Source: Geosiphon pyriformis uo1 (taxonomy: Eukaryota > Fungi > Glomeromycota). From it: DNA of 28,863 nucleotides. The stretch covers positions 3,132-31,994 of the forward strand of contig JAAOMT010000224.1 in assembly GCA_016748015.1 (NCBI GenBank), read 5' to 3'. Each line of letters opens with the position of its first letter. Within the stretch, counting starts at the first letter, position 1. A program made the position numbers and the translations under genes. Below the pieces are notes generated by a model. That model saw only the letters and a list, made by a program, of their open reading frames with translations, did not search any database and was not told the DNA's origin. Shown piece by piece: positions 24,990 through 28,863 of this stretch.

Positions 24990-26712
24990 CTATCTTTGTA
25001 CTATGATTGAATTAGTTCCTTAAAAAAATTTGGTGTGGTCTTTTATGACAGACTTTTGAACAAACATGGTAAAGTTTTAGATTAAAAGACATTCCAACAT
25101 TAGAAAAAATTGAAACCCAAAAGATCTGTGTCCACTTGGTTTGTTTTGGTGTTAAAGTTTTTATACAATTTTGTGCTTATATCAGTGTCTTTCAATAGAA
25201 GTTCTGTGTTAAATGTTAATAATGTTTTATTATCTAATCAGTTTTTTAATATTAAAAGTGATTTGCTTAAGATCTGATTAGATACTTTTACTGTTTATAT
25301 AGATAGTTTTTTGAAAAAACTTGGTTTTGTTAATGTAACTGGAAGTGTTATTGCATTCTTTCCTAAGATTGATTTGGGCATTAGAGTTAGAGTTAATGGG
25401 CTTTTGTCTTTTATAATAGCCAAATTATAGATTGTTGTTTTGGCTTTGAAATATGTGTTTTTTTCTTATTTAGTGATAGTGTGTTTGAACAATTAAGCCA
25501 TATTAGATGCATGTGTCTTAAAGTTAAAATTACTTGGTCCCAATTTTTGTAATAGTTGTTAGATGAAGAAAAGACATATTGCAAATTTAATTGTTAATAA
25601 AAACATTGCTATGGTTTAGTCAAAGGTTAAAAACCATTTAAAAGTTTTGGATAATGTTTATGCAAATGCTTTGGTGGGAGTAGTTGCTTACTCTTCTTTG
25701 CTGCTGTCAACTAATGTGTGTAAATACTTTATTGTGACTAATAGTCTACTAGTTTTTGGTAATGTTTGTCATTTTGTTTGGGATATTTTTAGGTTAATAA
25801 ATTATGTATGTTAAGAAATTGGTTCTGGTTTTAGGGTTTTAAGTGGTTTTTCAGTTTGTGATGTTGATTAAGTCTATATTATAGCAGTTTGGCATTCAGA
25901 TTTACACATGCTATTAGGGTTTACAAGCAGAATTTTGGCTGGTTTATGTACTTATTTTATGAAGACTGTTTATGGAAAGCTGCTATTGTTATTAAAAAAA
26001 GACTTTGCAACAAATGTTATCCTGGTGTTTTATGTTTACATTGTAGAGAGATTGAATTTTCTAATTATGTGTTCACATATAACAAAGAGTCTGTCTTTTA
26101 TAAGGCAATTTTGTTTGAGTGTATTTTAATTTGGAAGTCTCTGACTGGTTCTTGTCTTCTTATTTCTTTTGTGATTGTGGAATCTTTTCTTTTGTGTTTA
26201 TTTGATGTTGGCTTATATGCACTTTTTTACAAAACTTTTGTGCTTGTAGAGTGGTTTAAGAAGGCAGTAAAAATTTTTGAGAATCATAGAGAGGCTGCTC
26301 AGATCTTAGTTGATTTTGTACATGGTTTGGATATATAACATCATTCTGAGTTGTGGAATATCAGATCTAAGTTTAAAGTAGATATAGAAAAAAATAATTT
26401 AATTGATAATTCAGAAATAATGTCTGTGATGTCTATTGGTACAGTGCTAGTTCTATTAAATAGTGTGATTAATTAATAGGTATTGATGATTCTTTTGGGG
26501 TTAGTTTTGGTTTCTGTACACCTTGTTTGTTTTTTTCTGGTTTTGGTAGTTTAACTTCTGTTTGTATAGGGGCTTAGTATTGCTTTAATTAGTCTGACTG
26601 ACTGGTCATATGTGGTAAATACATGAATTGTATCTAGTTAGAATTCATAGTTTTAACTCTGTATACTAGATAGTAATTGGGCTGCACTCATAAAACATTA
26701 ATAAAAAAAAAA
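24990..26712 (+). mobile_element. 3' fragment of LINE-B (RNase H, CCHC, 3'UTR, A-tail), inverted duplicate of 7385-9069
   Basis: Colinear with the reverse complement of 7385-9069. CLHCREIEFSNYVF motif, stop at 26576-26578, A-tail 26703-26712. Confidence 0.92.
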
Positions 26713-27269
26713 TCTTTTGTTAAAATCAGATTTGTAGCTATTGATTAAATTAAAAATTATTATTTAATATATTTAATATAGTAAAAACAAATCTGTTTTA
26801 CTAAATTTTTAAGTACTTAAATGTATTTATTTTTAATTTATAAATAAAAAATTATTAGTATCTATTTATATAAAAAATTAAATTAATATTATATATTATA
26901 TTATAAATTTTGTTCATTTTTTTATGTTTTATTTCTAAATAAAATTTACATGATTTTTTATATAATTTTTTTTTAAACAGATTGGTTTTTTTGTTTTCCA
27001 ACTTGTGTAATATAAAAGATAGTATGTATTTAATACTTTAATTTAAAATCAAAATTTTCTCTTTTAGAAATATTTTTTAATATCTTAATATATTAATTTA
27101 TGTAATTTTAAAAAAGCAAAGTTTTGGCTTGTTTTTTTATTTTTAGTTAATAAATAGCTTTTAAAAAGATCAGAAAATGTTTTTTAAATAAGTTATTTAT
27201 AATTTATTAATAATAAATAATATTAAAAAGCTATAAAAAAATGTGTTAAATATTAAAACTTTGATTTTT
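26713..27269 (-). repeat. Inverted duplicate of positions 1-509 plus 7331-7380 (non-LINE flank, LINE-A empty site)
   Basis: The reverse complement from 27269 reads AAAAATCAAAGTTTTAATATTTAACACAT..., identical to the window start. It joins the sequence left of LINE-A directly to the sequence right of it. Confidence 0.95.
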
Positions 27270-27949
27270 TAACTGATTAATAAAAAAAAACTTTTTATTG
27301 ACCAATTGACTAAATAATATAATTTGTTAAGTTAATTCAGAATTAACATAGTATTAAATTAATGATTCAGAATTAATTCAAGTTGAATTAGAATTCCAAA
27401 TCAGCTTAAATTGATTCTGAATTAACTTAAATTCTGTTTCAACTTATAACATATACAAGTATTACTTTGATTTTTTTAAAATTACAGAAACTTGATATTT
27501 ATTGTTTTAAAAAGAGATTGTATAAGAAATCTAAGATTTTAAGTTTTAGATTAGATATAAAAAAAATTTTTTTGAAAAATTTAATTAAAGTTTTTGTTAA
27601 AATACAAAAAACAGTTAAAAAATAAAAAAATCATAGCAAGATTCTTATAAAATATCTATTTGTTTGAAGATATTGTTTTATAAAAAAATTTTTTTGTTAA
27701 AATTAATAAAGTTTTTTGATTTTAAGATCTTGTTTATAATTCTTTTAAAAATAAACAATTCAATACTTTACTTTTAATTAAGAATATGTTATTACTGAAA
27801 ATTTATATAAAATAATAATTATTATTTGAATGTAAAAATTGCCAATTATTTCTTATTAAAAATGATCTTGTAGCATAAATCAATTTTTTTTCACCAAACT
27901 TCTTAGATTTGTTAACAATAATTGGCCAATATTAATATTATAGTTAATT

Positions 27950-28430
27950 NNNNNNNNNNNNNNNNNNNNNNNNNNNNNNNNNNNNNNNNNNNNNNNNNNN
28001 NNNNNNNNNNNNNNNNNNNNNNNNNNNNNNNNNNNNNNNNNNNNNNNNNNNNNNNNNNNNNNNNNNNNNNNNNNNNNNNNNNNNNNNNNNNNNNNNNNNN
28101 NNNNNNNNNNNNNNNNNNNNNNNNNNNNNNNNNNNNNNNNNNNNNNNNNNNNNNNNNNNNNNNNNNNNNNNNNNNNNNNNNNNNNNNNNNNNNNNNNNNN
28201 NNNNNNNNNNNNNNNNNNNNNNNNNNNNNNNNNNNNNNNNNNNNNNNNNNNNNNNNNNNNNNNNNNNNNNNNNNNNNNNNNNNNNNNNNNNNNNNNNNNN
28301 NNNNNNNNNNNNNNNNNNNNNNNNNNNNNNNNNNNNNNNNNNNNNNNNNNNNNNNNNNNNNNNNNNNNNNNNNNNNNNNNNNNNNNNNNNNNNNNNNNNN
28401 NNNNNNNNNNNNNNNNNNNNNNNNNNNNNA
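27950..28430. other. Assembly gap (481 N)
   Basis: Run of N. Confidence 1.
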
Positions 28431-28553
28431 ACAGCTATAACCAGTATGACTAACGACTAACGACTAACGAATCACGACTCACGAATCCAAGGAACACCAA
28501 AATCCGAATTACCAGTGTCGTTAACGACTTACCAATAACGAATAAAAAACCAA

Positions 28554-28643
28554 GAGATTCATTCTCGCCTCGAGTCGTACTGATAACCGCAGCAGGTCTC
28601 CAAGGTTAAAAGCCTCTAGTTGATAGAACAATCCAGGTAAGGG
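28554..28643 (+). rRNA. Isolated short fragment of nuclear LSU (25S/28S) rRNA, not a full gene
   Basis: 28574-28643 GTCGTACTGATAACCGCAGCAGGTCTCCAAGGTTAAAAGCCTCTAGTTGATAGAACAATCCAGGTAAGGG matches the conserved fungal LSU segment that normally continues AAGTCGGCAA. The flanks are not rRNA. The 5' limit is approximate. Confidence 0.9.
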
Positions 28644-28863
28644 TGTTGACGTATCTCTTCTAGCTCTAAGTGTTGGGTGAGGGAGGGGGGCATCCTTTAC
28701 CGGAAAGAACCCCAACCTTAACCGAAGAAACTCAACCAAGCACGGGGTTTCCAACTCCTTTATATCGCCAAGTGTGGTGTTCTCTAACCTCTGTGCATGC
28801 ACCCATTCTGCCGAATGTCTGTTTTCACTTAGGGTCTATGACATGAATTGTTATACCTCTGTG
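28644..28863 (-). mobile_element. Putative LTR end (…GTCAACA on the minus strand), unmutated
   Basis: Canonical TGTTGA/TCAACA terminus at 28644. Minus-strand TATAAA at 28764-28759. Short direct repeat CACAGAGGT. Only one end is visible. Confidence 0.4.

Noticed and set aside
27490-27770. Possible MITE with loose inverted ends
   Set aside because: Similarity is weak in extremely AT-rich sequence, with no clear TIR or TSD.
27922-28440. 172-aa ORF
   Set aside because: Artefact of the N gap.
28574-28700. Complete rDNA unit or group I intron in the LSU
   Set aside because: Sequence upstream of ~28554 is not rRNA, the break follows G and not U, and no group I core motifs were recognised.
28521-28802. 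93-aa minus-strand ORF
   Set aside because: Runs across antisense rRNA and LTR-like sequence with no recognisable motif; likely spurious.

Overview
Very AT-rich, CpG-depleted eukaryotic DNA with no intact host gene. It is probably a Glomeromycotina fungus; the LINE proteins resemble Geosiphon-type repeats, which is inference from memory. The window is a nested graveyard of decayed transposons. It holds two full-length tail-to-tail LINEs (APE-RT-RNaseH-CCHC; 510-7320 + and ~7385-14147 -) and a hAT element (15370-22660) inserted in a ~36-bp minisatellite. A Tc1/mariner-like element (18131-22170, TIRs plus TA) sits in an intron of that hAT transposase. Two related LTR-element remnants lie in opposite orientation (~23265-24989). 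An inverted copy (24990-27269) of the left end of the window preserves the empty site of the first LINE. Copies differ almost only by C/T and G/A transitions (RIP-like or methylation decay). After a 481-N gap is a CpG-rich segment where a ~70-90 nt 28S rRNA fragment directly abuts an LTR-like terminus (TGTTGAC), at the position a primer-binding site would occupy. This is the most intriguing signal in the window.
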